NCBI GenBank assembly: GCA_018662825.1
Contig: JABJFI010000032.1
Coordinates: 50 to 64,049, forward strand
Direction: 5' to 3'
Source: Methanobacteriota archaeon
GTDB lineage: Archaea > Thermoplasmatota > Poseidoniia > Poseidoniales > Poseidoniaceae
Length of the DNA: 64,000 bases
Shown here: positions 46,801 to 55,052 of the stretch, in pieces
How positions within the stretch are numbered: the first letter of the stretch is position 1
Layout of the letters: every line of letters begins with the position of its first letter
Position numbers and translations under genes: made by a program
Notes under the pieces: model-generated
The model's database searches: none
Told to the model about the DNA's origin: nothing
The model's input: only the letters and a program-made list of their open reading frames with translations

Positions 46801-48995
46801 ACCACTTCGTAAGGTTCTAAACGCTCATGAAGGATTTCACCTTCTGGAATATTGATATCCAGGTTGACGGTATTCATTGTGTAGGTGATCGCAAACGATT
46901 CAAGAATTAATATCCCCGATGATGCTGCAACTAAGCCGATGGAGATGTTACTGAAACCAGAGCCAGTGTCTGGAATAGCATCGTTAAAATGTTTCATGAT
47001 ATTGTTAATTCCACTTGATTGTTCTGTTACTGTCAAAGGGCCCAATAGTGCTCCATTTTGGGCTGTTCGTGACCAACCAGGATTGCCGTTTATCTCAATT
47101 CCAGGTTGGGTTGGAGCATTAGAGTGCCTAGCAATAGAAATATTTGAAATCGAAGGGGTCACGGCTGAATTAGATGTTGCAAGTTCGACCCGCAAGCACA
47201 TGTAGTAACCGGTACCAGTCACTGATTTGGTTTGATTAGATTGAGTGAATGCTAAGACGCCAGCGCTTCCTGCCGAGCATATACTATTCGTTGTGAAACC
47301 ATAGTATACACGAATCGATGTACTTGTTGGTAACACTTGATCCCAAGTGATGGTAGCGGCAACTACATTTTTCGTTCCAGAACCAACATATTGGTAAGTA
47401 TACATATTGGCTGAAGAAACATACGAAGTGATGTATTCAATACCTACTCCGTCAAGAATTGGAGCTTTGGTTGTAGTACCATTGAGACTTGCCCTCCAAA
47501 CAAATGTAGTGCTGGTTTGAAGGAACATCACTGTTTGACCAGCAGACACATGCCTCCATGTTGACCCTCCATCATTTGAGATGTCAATACTGATGCTTGT
47601 GCCAGTTGGAATATATCCCAAAATACTACTGATTTTTAAAGTGTCAATTGCCTTTGAAGTGGAGAAAGACGCCCCCATAATGGTGGCACTCGTCGTCGAA
47701 TGGCTTCTTTGGTCATACAAGGCCCCATCGCCAAAGTTGTTGATTTTATGACGAGTTGATGTACTGCAATATGCTGTGCTGTAATAATGGCATGAGAAAC
47801 TCAATTGGCCAAGTTCTGATTCAACCAATCCGTAATGCCCACCTTCCGGTACCGCCATTTCACCCATGTGCTCGATAAAGTTGCCATTCATGGTGAAGAA
47901 ATGATGGTAAGAATCGTAATTATAACCGATACCACTGATGTATTGTTGGTCATATTCGTTGTAGATAATGGTCGGCATATTGACAATCAGACCGGCGCCA
48001 TAACGGGAGACGGTTGAACCTGTTGCCAAGGTCCAAGTTCCTTGAATACTCGAAGGCGATGATTTACTGACTTCATTGAGGTAGTGAGCGTTCGCATTAT
48101 AGGAATAGGTTGCAACATACAGTTTTCCTGTTGCATCATCGATATCAACGCCGGTAACGTACTCGTTGCTGAATGCGTTCCAAGAGCCATCACATCGCCA
48201 TGTTTTCGATGTGCCAGAAGTAATTACAGACCATTTTGTAAGGTAGTAACTGGTGTAATGCGCAGTGTAGACCGTTGTTCCGTCAACGGTAGCATCAACC
48301 ATATTGTAGTAGGAAGAAGTACTGCAACCGTTGGTATTGAGCGATGCAGTTCCGATATAAGCGCCAGTAGTAGAATTTATTCGAAGGATTGTAGGAGTAT
48401 TATACAAACTTGAAGATGAATACTTCATGATATGGTATTCATCTCCTACCAAGACAACAACGCCAATGTAGCCCCATGATGCACTTGAACTGACTGTGAA
48501 TTGGGTGAATTTCTTTGTTAGGCCAGTATAACCTTGGTCTGATAAAGAAGCGAATTGCCCTGTAGTGTTTTGATGAGCGCCCACTTTCGATTGGATTTGT
48601 GAAGTTCGACCGAAGTCGATTGATTCAACGGATGGGTTGCCTTTGAGTGACATTGTTTTGGATGCTACTTCCACATTGGTACGTTGACCGTTAGTGAATG
48701 GTGAAGGCGGACTGCCTGACCAAATTCCATCGCCAACTCCACCGAAATGAGGATTGGTTGTGAAATTTGAATACGCTGTTGAACTTGCTTCACCGCGCAA
48801 ATTGAACTGTGCAGAAGTAACTTCTGCCCCATATGGAATTGTGAGGTGTCCAGCGGTCCCGTTCCCAGTACCAGCAAACGTATGGCTGTAGGAAGAAGTT
48901 CCATTAGAAAATTGAGTTTCAACTGTTGCACTTGAAGCCATAGGTCCGAATAAAGATACAGTAAATAGTAGTGTTAAGAAGAGTGCTTTTCGCAT
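43896..48995 (-). CDS. giant secreted, C-terminally TM-anchored surface protein (about 1,699 aa) with a CARDB-like module and an acidic repeat tail
   Basis: Signal peptide MRKALFLTLLFTVSLFGPMASSA. S/T/N-rich beta-type sequence. CARDB-like VKSISLSDDHVAPGSKIVINAEVINIGGSTPASFKVAFFSGDD. TM PLAWIFIITSIIVLFGVASIAA. Tail DEEDWDDEEYEDDEEYEDDEEYEDDD. Confidence 0.85.
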   Translation of the reverse strand: MRKALFLTLLFTVSLFGPMASSATVETQFSNGTSSYSHTFAGTGNGTAGHLTIPYGAEVTSAQFNLRGEASSTAYSNFTTNPHFGGVGDGIWSGSPPSPFTNGQRTNVEVASKTMSLKGNPSVESIDFGRTSQIQSKVGAHQNTTGQFASLSDQGYTGLTKKFTQFTVSSSASWGYIGVVVLVGDEYHIMKYSSSSLYNTPTILRINSTTGAYIGTASLNTNGCSTSSYYNMVDATVDGTTVYTAHYTSYYLTKWSVITSGTSKTWRCDGSWNAFSNEYVTGVDIDDATGKLYVATYSYNANAHYLNEVSKSSPSSIQGTWTLATGSTVSRYGAGLIVNMPTIIYNEYDQQYISGIGYNYDSYHHFFTMNGNFIEHMGEMAVPEGGHYGLVESELGQLSFSCHYYSTAYCSTSTRHKINNFGDGALYDQRSHSTTSATIMGASFSTSKAIDTLKISSILGYIPTGTSISIDISNDGGSTWRHVSAGQTVMFLQTSTTFVWRASLNGTTTKAPILDGVGIEYITSYVSSANMYTYQYVGSGTKNVVAATITWDQVLPTSTSIRVYYGFTTNSICSAGSAGVLAFTQSNQTKSVTGTGYYMCLRVELATSNSAVTPSISNISIARHSNAPTQPGIEINGNPGWSRTAQNGALLGPLTVTEQSSGINNIMKHFNDAIPDTGSGFSNISIGLVAASSGILILESFAITYTMNTVNLDINIPEGEILHERLEPYEVVTRHIIGEDATAMTEASLTLVTNSIAKNPTLYWQNGDVFPEPNDPEDYIELDASSWSSSNNGILEVHWIFHVTSEFPDQDNVRFRAGCLDNTGSAGYAPLDLMSLTGLDVNRTFGLGWMKVRDNDGALILEDVPDNSWVAAGETLHFQGAMWFQNTDDAPKDNAFDVRVSRNGWVESSARDTTNNNGSFFISVDLPEIDIESGLTYEVQTYNEKEPTHVMQPNLDWQRTFKVDATPPHRDAVLPIDDGYEAASTVQEIKVLVNDDVGHPMALDLMYWVESDHDLNRNGEADPQEYVSKTVHNSTEAKNKWFITTIDHSRNPNMGRVSYYWTGGDQAGNPLHYTHINDDDEILAFQSGHGFIYDDATFRTRKDSTAIFTGLDWVGHADNAPVFAGMKQTITLGFIDANTVIDFEHISLVFDFEGPNPIRDAQRISYSGINNTFWSESNFITLMTTSAMHETTNESGLPWIIVTFEFVIGWDWPDEEMGDVALVFKERGSDEDAQILLLEHTFRVENDLMLSPTEYLVEDISEPRTGIVADGSRVRKDDRLAFTGRVVYEGSTVAAPRDVGILIEVFDGEKMWSDGSISSLGEFSVEVPLSSASTLQSSPTRTCLISITNIPGRGEDMTGTLVSTTLQVIVDDAAPRVVRRISPLNVIDISANNDLSYVPVEFHGTEDADLTGSSQMVHWVMRDATRTVTIGAGSTLLGMQQDGQNVIWTGAVDLTDNGRIVPQAGDFVGFYVTGYDAAGNQFPVVSNSEASPIPELAVDDTDFERQWIRLGAVGPELRVKSISLSDDHVAPGSKIVINAEVINIGGSTPASFKVAFFSGDDEKPFDTVGVAGIDGNEVVKVSTTWEVEDVDRIRVVVDYDEFSEKGLIIEVNDDDNSAEHSIDIAYSQYFGWFDSPRESPLAWIFIITSIIVLFGVASIAARTTIDHGEGAFSDEEDWDDEEYEDDEEYEDDEEYEDDD
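43902..43955 (-). repeat. perfect 18-bp tandem repeat x3 (ATCATCTTCGTATTCTTC) encoding (EEYEDD)3 at the 3' end of the giant gene
   Basis: Units at 43902-43919, 43920-43937 and 43938-43955 are identical. A partial fourth unit runs to about 43961. Confidence 0.9.
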
Positions 48996-49131
48996 ATAAA
49001 TCACCATTATCCCTCAGTGGGCCTTTGGCCCACATAATACAAAGCATTTGAACTTCGCCCCGTAATGTCAGTCGTGCAAGCGATAGAAAAAAGAAGGCCG
49101 GCACCTCTGCGTACACTGAGGAGAGCACATT

Positions 49132-49512
49132 ATGGGTCTATTTTCAAATTGGTGGCAACAACAACACGGACGACAACTCGGTATTACCGCAACACTTTCT
49201 GGCTCAATTGGAATTCTATTTGGAATTTCGATTTATCAGTTATTGTTTCTTCAAAATCATGTAACTTGGGGCGACTATACCGGACAAGCAATTGCTTTGG
49301 CCGTTTTTTCATCCATTGCTTTGCTGATTGTGTTACCTGAATTTCTTTCTTTACGAGGCTATGCCAACACTTTGGATGAACTTCGAACAATCGAATCAAC
49401 TTCGGAACTTCGCCGTCGAAAAGAAGAAGGAAATGAAGCAGCAGATGCACTCGGTGCAGGTCATGCAGTATCATGGACAGCATTCCTTGAAAGCAAAGGA
49501 CTTCGACGGTGA
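49132..49512 (+). CDS. small two-TM membrane protein, unknown function
   Basis: Two hydrophobic helices (ITATLSGSIGILFGISIYQLLFL, AIALAVFSSIALLIVLPEFL) followed by a charged helix. The stop overlaps the start region of the signal peptidase gene. Confidence 0.5.
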   Translation: MGLFSNWWQQQHGRQLGITATLSGSIGILFGISIYQLLFLQNHVTWGDYTGQAIALAVFSSIALLIVLPEFLSLRGYANTLDELRTIESTSELRRRKEEGNEAADALGAGHAVSWTAFLESKGLRR

Positions 49513-50540
49513 ACTTGAGGGGAGAAAGCGTGAGTGACAGTGACCCGCTGAAGACGTTGTTTCGAGAACTTCTTCTTGCAGTAGGTATGATTGGATTGCT
49601 CATTTTAGCATTGTACGCACATACAGGCTCAATGCCGCCTTTGGTCGTAGTTGAATCGTCTTCAATGGTTCACGACCTTGAGAATGGCGAAGTTGGCAGT
49701 ATTGATGCGGGAGATTTGGTTTTGGTGCATAACCAAGACTATGATACAATCGTGACATTTGCTGAAGCAACAGAAGTTGGGAATTCCAAATATGGTTATT
49801 CACAGCATGGGCTTGAAGGCGACGTCATAATCTACAAAAAGAACGGTGAAGAAGGCACACCCATCATTCATCGAGCAATAATGGAAGTCATTCCAAATCA
49901 AATCATTTCTCCGAATCGAAGTGTGTCTTCTAATGCTACTCTCAGTGAACATTGCCCTGATGGGGGTACATACGACTCCGAATCTTTCGACCAAGATGGC
50001 AAAATTGGAGTGTGTGTACTGACTTGGGATGTTCCAGGAACAGATGTAAAAGATGTTGAAACAGTGACTGTTAATTTTGATGGAATACAGGCCGGGTATT
50101 ACGATTGCGACCGACCGGCACATGCAAATGTAGAATCTTATTTGGTCGTCTGGCAATGGCAACCACAACATGCAGGAATTCTTACATTAGGGGATGCAAA
50201 CAAGTGTTCGGTCGACCAAGGTTCCAAAGCCGTTCCGGGTTCTTCAGGCGTTCACAGTGCATCGGGAGTAGTTGGGCCAATACGCAGTTCTTGGCTCATA
50301 GGTGTTGCTGGAGGAGAAATACCATGGCTGGGAACAGTCAAACTAATGGTGAGTGGTTCTGATACACCAGGGACAAGCCATGTTCCAACCTCATCATTCC
50401 TCATCTTGTTTGCATTGATTGCAAGTGTTCTTGTTTTACCAATGCTTGCTGAACCTCTTATTCGTAGATTTGTGTCGGGGGCGCCAGAATTTGAACAAGC
50501 ACTAATTGAACAGGGAAAACAGTATTATGAAGCAGAATAA
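49509..50540 (+). CDS. type I signal peptidase (archaeal/Sec11-type S26B), long form
   Basis: N-terminal TM. VVVESSSMVHDL...GDLVLV (Ser box). TPIIHRAIMEV (His box). ILTLGDANKCSVDQG (GDNN-D box equivalent). C-terminal TM. About 100 aa are inserted between the His box and the GDxN box. Start uncertain (TTG 49509 or GTG 49530). Confidence 0.75.
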   Translation: MNLRGESVSDSDPLKTLFRELLLAVGMIGLLILALYAHTGSMPPLVVVESSSMVHDLENGEVGSIDAGDLVLVHNQDYDTIVTFAEATEVGNSKYGYSQHGLEGDVIIYKKNGEEGTPIIHRAIMEVIPNQIISPNRSVSSNATLSEHCPDGGTYDSESFDQDGKIGVCVLTWDVPGTDVKDVETVTVNFDGIQAGYYDCDRPAHANVESYLVVWQWQPQHAGILTLGDANKCSVDQGSKAVPGSSGVHSASGVVGPIRSSWLIGVAGGEIPWLGTVKLMVSGSDTPGTSHVPTSSFLILFALIASVLVLPMLAEPLIRRFVSGAPEFEQALIEQGKQYYEAE

Positions 50541-51284
50541 TTATTGCTGAATTGCTTCTTCTAACGATATTTCTCCGCAAGCAACCGCATATGCCATTTC
50601 AGAAGAAATAGTCATTCTACCGTTGCTTCTTTTTCGACTTTGGCGTTGAATATCCCGAATCTCACCTTCTGTTGGTTGAATTTCTTGGAACTCCCACACC
50701 TGTTCACCGGAAAGCAAAGCGATACGTATTGCTGAAATCACGTGATTATGACGGAGCAAACCTCGTGAAGTTTTCGCTTCATTTACTCTTTCGACATCCA
50801 ATTGATGCGTGAGGCAATCATTGATGATTCGGTCCCGGCTCAAAGGAGCACCATCGCCTATTCGTACGACCATTTGGTTGAATTCGAGGGCCGAAGAAAT
50901 TCCGATTATTTGTGCTGCAATATTTTCGATACGCTCAAATTGAGCCACACCCAAAACAACACCATCTGCTAACCATGCAAGACCTGGGCGTGGACCGGGA
51001 TCAATTCCAAAACAAAGTCTGTGAACATTAGTGATACCTCGTTGAAGCCGGACAGCACTGTCGACAGCATCTTTGACTGAAGTTGCAGAAGTCATAATCG
51101 GTTGACCTTCTTTTCGATATTTGACAACTTCAATTTCACTACCGAACCAAATCATATCCTGTTCAGGGAGTACAGCATCATGTTCAAGAAGAATAAATCT
51201 CAATCCCCGTTGCCTGAGTTCAGTCATCAATCGGAAAGCCAACTGAAAATCAATGGTGCGTATAGCAAGCCGAGGCACATTCAA
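50541..51284 (-). CDS. hypothetical protein with an RNase H-like (RuvC/YqgF-type) nuclease-fold signature
   Basis: The central RLCFGIDPGPRPGLAWLADGVVLGVAQ resembles the first beta-hairpin with catalytic Asp of RuvC/YqgF-like nucleases. Later acidic/His positions include VRIGDGAP and HNHVISAIRIA. Weak, by-eye call. Confidence 0.35.
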   Translation of the reverse strand: MNVPRLAIRTIDFQLAFRLMTELRQRGLRFILLEHDAVLPEQDMIWFGSEIEVVKYRKEGQPIMTSATSVKDAVDSAVRLQRGITNVHRLCFGIDPGPRPGLAWLADGVVLGVAQFERIENIAAQIIGISSALEFNQMVVRIGDGAPLSRDRIINDCLTHQLDVERVNEAKTSRGLLRHNHVISAIRIALLSGEQVWEFQEIQPTEGEIRDIQRQSRKRSNGRMTISSEMAYAVACGEISLEEAIQQ

Positions 51285-51409
51285 TACTATATTTTACGAG
51301 ATTAACTAATCTTCCGCCTTTTCGGAGGTTCAGACACCGTATTGAAACCATAGATATGAGGTGGACTTCAACCGAAGTCATCAAGAACGATTGACGATGA
51401 TGAAGGGCT

Positions 51410-52087
51410 GTGTCGAGTCAGTACGAGCGGGAATTGAGGCAAGTTCTTGCAGGGGTTCCCAAAGGCGTGGAATCGATAATTCGTTCCTGCTCCCCCATTG
51501 AAAAACAAAAGATGCGTCAAGTGATATATCGGCCCTTTTTGGTGGTTCGAGCTGCAGGTTCGGGAATGGAAGGTACTGGTGATTTGTTGGCTTTACGTGG
51601 CGATTTATGCTTCCCGATAGAAGTAAAATCAACTAAAGCGAAGAAGCTCTACCTTTCAGGAAGAACCAAACTTCAGTATGAAGCCATGGTCACCGAAGGT
51701 GAAAGATGTAAATTGATGCCATTGTACGCCCACCGTCAGAAAGGAGTAAGGGGTGATTCGTGGAGAATTTTCCGCGTGGAAACCAATAATCTATCGGGTA
51801 GACTTCGTCAACTCGAAAAATCAATACCACCGTTCCCTACTACGAGAAACGGTTCAGTATTCCTCAATTGGGAAGATGGGATGCCATTACACACTTTCAT
51901 ATCCCTTGTTTGTTCCTCCGCTGGTTCAGAAAATTATGCCTTACATAATTTGGAGGTCCGTTCATTACGAAACAATTTCTTTACGACACCTCTTCCTTCA
52001 ACTACACTTGAAGAAATTCGTCCTGCGCAGATACTTTCTGACAAGCCATTAGATGTTCTTGCTGAACTTGCTCGCCGCCGTTCCTAA
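51410..52087 (+). CDS. hjc: Holliday junction resolvase Hjc-like nuclease with an internal insert and a ~85-aa C-terminal extension
   Basis: YERELRQVL...VVRAAGSG...GDLLALRGDLCFPIEVKSTKAKKLYL matches the Hjc E...D...E-x-K nuclease core. GTG start. Confidence 0.7.
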   Translation: MSSQYERELRQVLAGVPKGVESIIRSCSPIEKQKMRQVIYRPFLVVRAAGSGMEGTGDLLALRGDLCFPIEVKSTKAKKLYLSGRTKLQYEAMVTEGERCKLMPLYAHRQKGVRGDSWRIFRVETNNLSGRLRQLEKSIPPFPTTRNGSVFLNWEDGMPLHTFISLVCSSAGSENYALHNLEVRSLRNNFFTTPLPSTTLEEIRPAQILSDKPLDVLAELARRRS

Positions 52088-53548
52088 TTAGAAATATGGA
52101 ATCAAGATTGTGAACAGCAACATGACCAAAAGTACAATCGATGAAAGACTCGAGGCTTTGTTTGAGATATGAACAATCCACATCGAATGGATGTCCCATA
52201 ATTTTGTCCTTTTTCCGATTCTTTTTATCCGTTTGAGAACTCCAGTAATCCAATCTTTGAATAAATGGCCACCATCAAAAGGTACCATTGGAATGAGATT
52301 GGTAAATCCAAGCAGAATATTCACCCATAATAACCAAAAGAATAAGTTGACAAAGAACAACAAACCATTCAATCCAAGTATGTCCCCAAGTATACCATCT
52401 GTAGGAGCGAGCATCGCTTCTTCTACAGGGTGCATAGATACACCTTGAAGTTCAAAGGGAAGAATCATCATCTGGATTATATGCACGGGTGCATAGATAG
52501 CCTGACTTACCGCACCACCCTCAAATCGTGGTGAAAAAGGGCCTGCTAGACGGTCGATTCCAGCCGTCCCAGGACTTATTCCTTCTACACCAACGAAAGG
52601 ATCACCTTGTTTGATATCAAGTGCATCAAGATTTGATTGACTCCATCCAAGTCCGATATAGTAGTCATACTTATCAGATAATGTCAAGTTCATGCTTTCT
52701 AATGTTCCATTTTCATGGCGGACATCGATAGAAATTGTATCGTTTGCATGATAATGCCCGAGGGCTGTTTGAAAATCATCATAGTCATGAATCTCCATTT
52801 CATCAATTTTGAGTATTGTATCCCATGGTTGTACTCCTGCCTCATCAGCACCTGCATCTTTAATTATTCCGCGGACGTGTGGATTATCGGATGTTGATGT
52901 AAAGTTGGCCGCTAGGCCTCCCAATAACATTAAGCAAATAAATGCGGCAAAGAGATTCGTAGCCGGACCTGCTGCAAACATGCGCATACGCTCTTTTCGT
53001 GGCGCTTTATGCAACTCTTGATATTGGGGTTCAGCAAAGGCACCAAGGGGAAGTGGTCCCAATTGAAGAAGGCCAAATGAACGAATTCGCATACCATGTG
53101 CTCGAGCAAGTAATCCGTGGCCGAATTCGTGAATTACTAATGCAATAATGAATGCCATTGCCCCCCATCCAAGTGGAATCATTGGATTTATTCCAGGAAT
53201 TGCCACCAGTTCACTCGCTGTTGGAGGGCTTGCTGAAGAGGGGGGTGATATCAGCGATGTGATGAACACTAGAATCAAGAGAATAGCAACTATAAACATA
53301 GAGAATAAACAAACCCATAAGGAAACTTCTCCATAGAGTCTCCAAAAACGCCTAGGTCGAGCAACCCGATCAAGTGTTTTCAGGCCCATATTGCTGCGAA
53401 CCATTAACACGACACCAAATACTCGGGTAGCATTCCATCGGTCGAGGACTCCATTTTTCTCCCAAATACGAAGAATGACATACCAAGCAATAATCAAGGC
53501 AAGGACGAGTTTCCAATCGGCTTCTACCGAACCCCATGCTCCATCCAT
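52088..53548 (-). CDS. site-2 protease (M50 family intramembrane metalloprotease) with a PDZ domain
   Basis: HEFGHGLLARAHG (HExxH). PDZ-like GIIKDAGADEAGVQPWDTILKIDEMEI. NLIPMVPFDGGHLF (NxxPxxxxDG). The ORF track extends to 53734, but the first 62 codons look non-genic and overlap the opposite gene. The ATG at 53548 precedes the first TM. Confidence 0.85.
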   Translation of the reverse strand: MDGAWGSVEADWKLVLALIIAWYVILRIWEKNGVLDRWNATRVFGVVLMVRSNMGLKTLDRVARPRRFWRLYGEVSLWVCLFSMFIVAILLILVFITSLISPPSSASPPTASELVAIPGINPMIPLGWGAMAFIIALVIHEFGHGLLARAHGMRIRSFGLLQLGPLPLGAFAEPQYQELHKAPRKERMRMFAAGPATNLFAAFICLMLLGGLAANFTSTSDNPHVRGIIKDAGADEAGVQPWDTILKIDEMEIHDYDDFQTALGHYHANDTISIDVRHENGTLESMNLTLSDKYDYYIGLGWSQSNLDALDIKQGDPFVGVEGISPGTAGIDRLAGPFSPRFEGGAVSQAIYAPVHIIQMMILPFELQGVSMHPVEEAMLAPTDGILGDILGLNGLLFFVNLFFWLLWVNILLGFTNLIPMVPFDGGHLFKDWITGVLKRIKRIGKRTKLWDIHSMWIVHISNKASSLSSIVLLVMLLFTILIPYF

Positions 53549-53725
53549 GGTAGAGGCAAACGCTCCTTCTCTTTGAAACTTGACAGGCTCATTCTCAACA
53601 AAGTTGATGATGGTTCGCCAAAACCCATGTACATGGACTCCCACCAAACGGCGTTGGAAAACTGGTGTGAAGAGGAATGGGGGCAAACCCCCCAAGCAAT
53701 ATCCGAATGGCACGCTGATGAAGAG

Positions 53726-54175
53726 ATGGCTCAAGTGTTTATGCGATTAAATCGAAGTGTACTCATCGCTGATTTTACCGTCGCAGAAGATGGTTCACTT
53801 GATTGTATCGAGCATCTTCAAATCCCACTTGACCGTTGGAACCCAGGTTCTATTCAAGCCATTCGTACAGCGGATGGCCGTGTTCGTTTCCGCCATCGTA
53901 ATTTGGATATTCACCTTGCTGCTCGACTTCGTGCCCCTGAATGGGGTCAAGCATTACTCGAAGAATGGTTGATGAGTCAACGCGGTGATGTATTACGCCC
54001 AAAAGATCGAACGCAACGAATTGCTTCGATTAATCGTACGAAAATGAGTATTGAACGAAATTTGAACCATTCAAATCTTGATGCAGTACGAATGGATTTC
54101 CTTGCAACAACAGCATCCTTAGCATCGGTGGAATCAAAACTAAATTCTCGAAGCGGGAACGATGAATCAGAATAA
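53726..54175 (+). CDS. hypothetical protein
   Basis: ORF only (track 53573..54175; the ATG at 53726 avoids overlap with the S2P gene). No recognisable motif. Its stop lies 1 nt from the dacZ stop on the opposite strand. Confidence 0.4.
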   Translation: MAQVFMRLNRSVLIADFTVAEDGSLDCIEHLQIPLDRWNPGSIQAIRTADGRVRFRHRNLDIHLAARLRAPEWGQALLEEWLMSQRGDVLRPKDRTQRIASINRTKMSIERNLNHSNLDAVRMDFLATTASLASVESKLNSRSGNDESE

Positions 54176-54176
54176 C

Positions 54177-55052
54177 TCAATTGAGTTTGACCTTGTAACG
54201 GTCTCTTCCGTTTGCATACATCGTGATTGTTCCTGAAGAAGATACGCAAACCGCAATTCCTTCAACCAATTGTGAGATGGCGCGAGCAGCCAAGTGACGT
54301 CCACCTTCCCCCGCCTTAGGAACAATGCCAGCCGGAACTTGGATATAGCGTCCAGCATCACTTGCAACCCCATCTCGATTAAACAAAATCGCTCCATCAA
54401 GCCATGCAAATTCAGCCAAAGTTTCATGATTTGCATCGTCCAATACACTTCGCTTCTCAGCAGCATGTCCTTTGAATGGATTTAGCACAAGCGCCGTCGT
54501 ATGTTTTCTCAAGGCAGGTAATGGGCCAATTGCAAATAATGCGCCAATAGCGTGTCCTTCTCTTCCTCTGGAGCCGATGTGGCGAGCCAGTTGCATCATT
54601 TTTGTTAGAACCTCTAATTCAATATGGAAATCTTGTGCCAATGATGCAAATCGATTCGAATTTAATGTTGAGGTGTCGATGACAAACACACCATCGATCG
54701 GTTCAGCAAGAACGACTAGCATCCGTTCACCGCTAGAAAGATTTCCTTCACCGATGGCTTGCAATACCAAATCATGCATATGATTGAGTACACTCAAGCC
54801 TTGCGAGGTTAGGTTTTCTTCAAGTAAAGAGCATGTAATTCCACTTTCCTTCAAAGCCTCAACAACTCGGTTTTGACTTGAAAGAACGGTGAGTGTAAGT
54901 TCAGGAGGCAACACCTCAGCGACCGATTTCACCTTTCGTACATTGTTTGCAAGCATCAATATCGATTGAAATGAACGCCGCTCGCCGGAGAGTGTACTCT
55001 TGACCATAGCTGCAAGGTCAACCATATGATTCGCCTCAAGAAGTCGAATCAA
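54177..55052 (-). CDS. dacZ: diadenylate cyclase, DacZ-type (DAC/DisA_N domain with an N-terminal regulatory domain)
   Basis: DAC motifs GHAIGALFAIG, LDGAILFNRDG, GEGGRHLAARAIS (the GTRHRAA equivalent) and VCVSSSGTITMY. TTG at 55052 or ATG at 55025. Confidence 0.75.
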   Translation of the reverse strand: MIRLLEANHMVDLAAMVKSTLSGERRSFQSILMLANNVRKVKSVAEVLPPELTLTVLSSQNRVVEALKESGITCSLLEENLTSQGLSVLNHMHDLVLQAIGEGNLSSGERMLVVLAEPIDGVFVIDTSTLNSNRFASLAQDFHIELEVLTKMMQLARHIGSRGREGHAIGALFAIGPLPALRKHTTALVLNPFKGHAAEKRSVLDDANHETLAEFAWLDGAILFNRDGVASDAGRYIQVPAGIVPKAGEGGRHLAARAISQLVEGIAVCVSSSGTITMYANGRDRYKVKLN

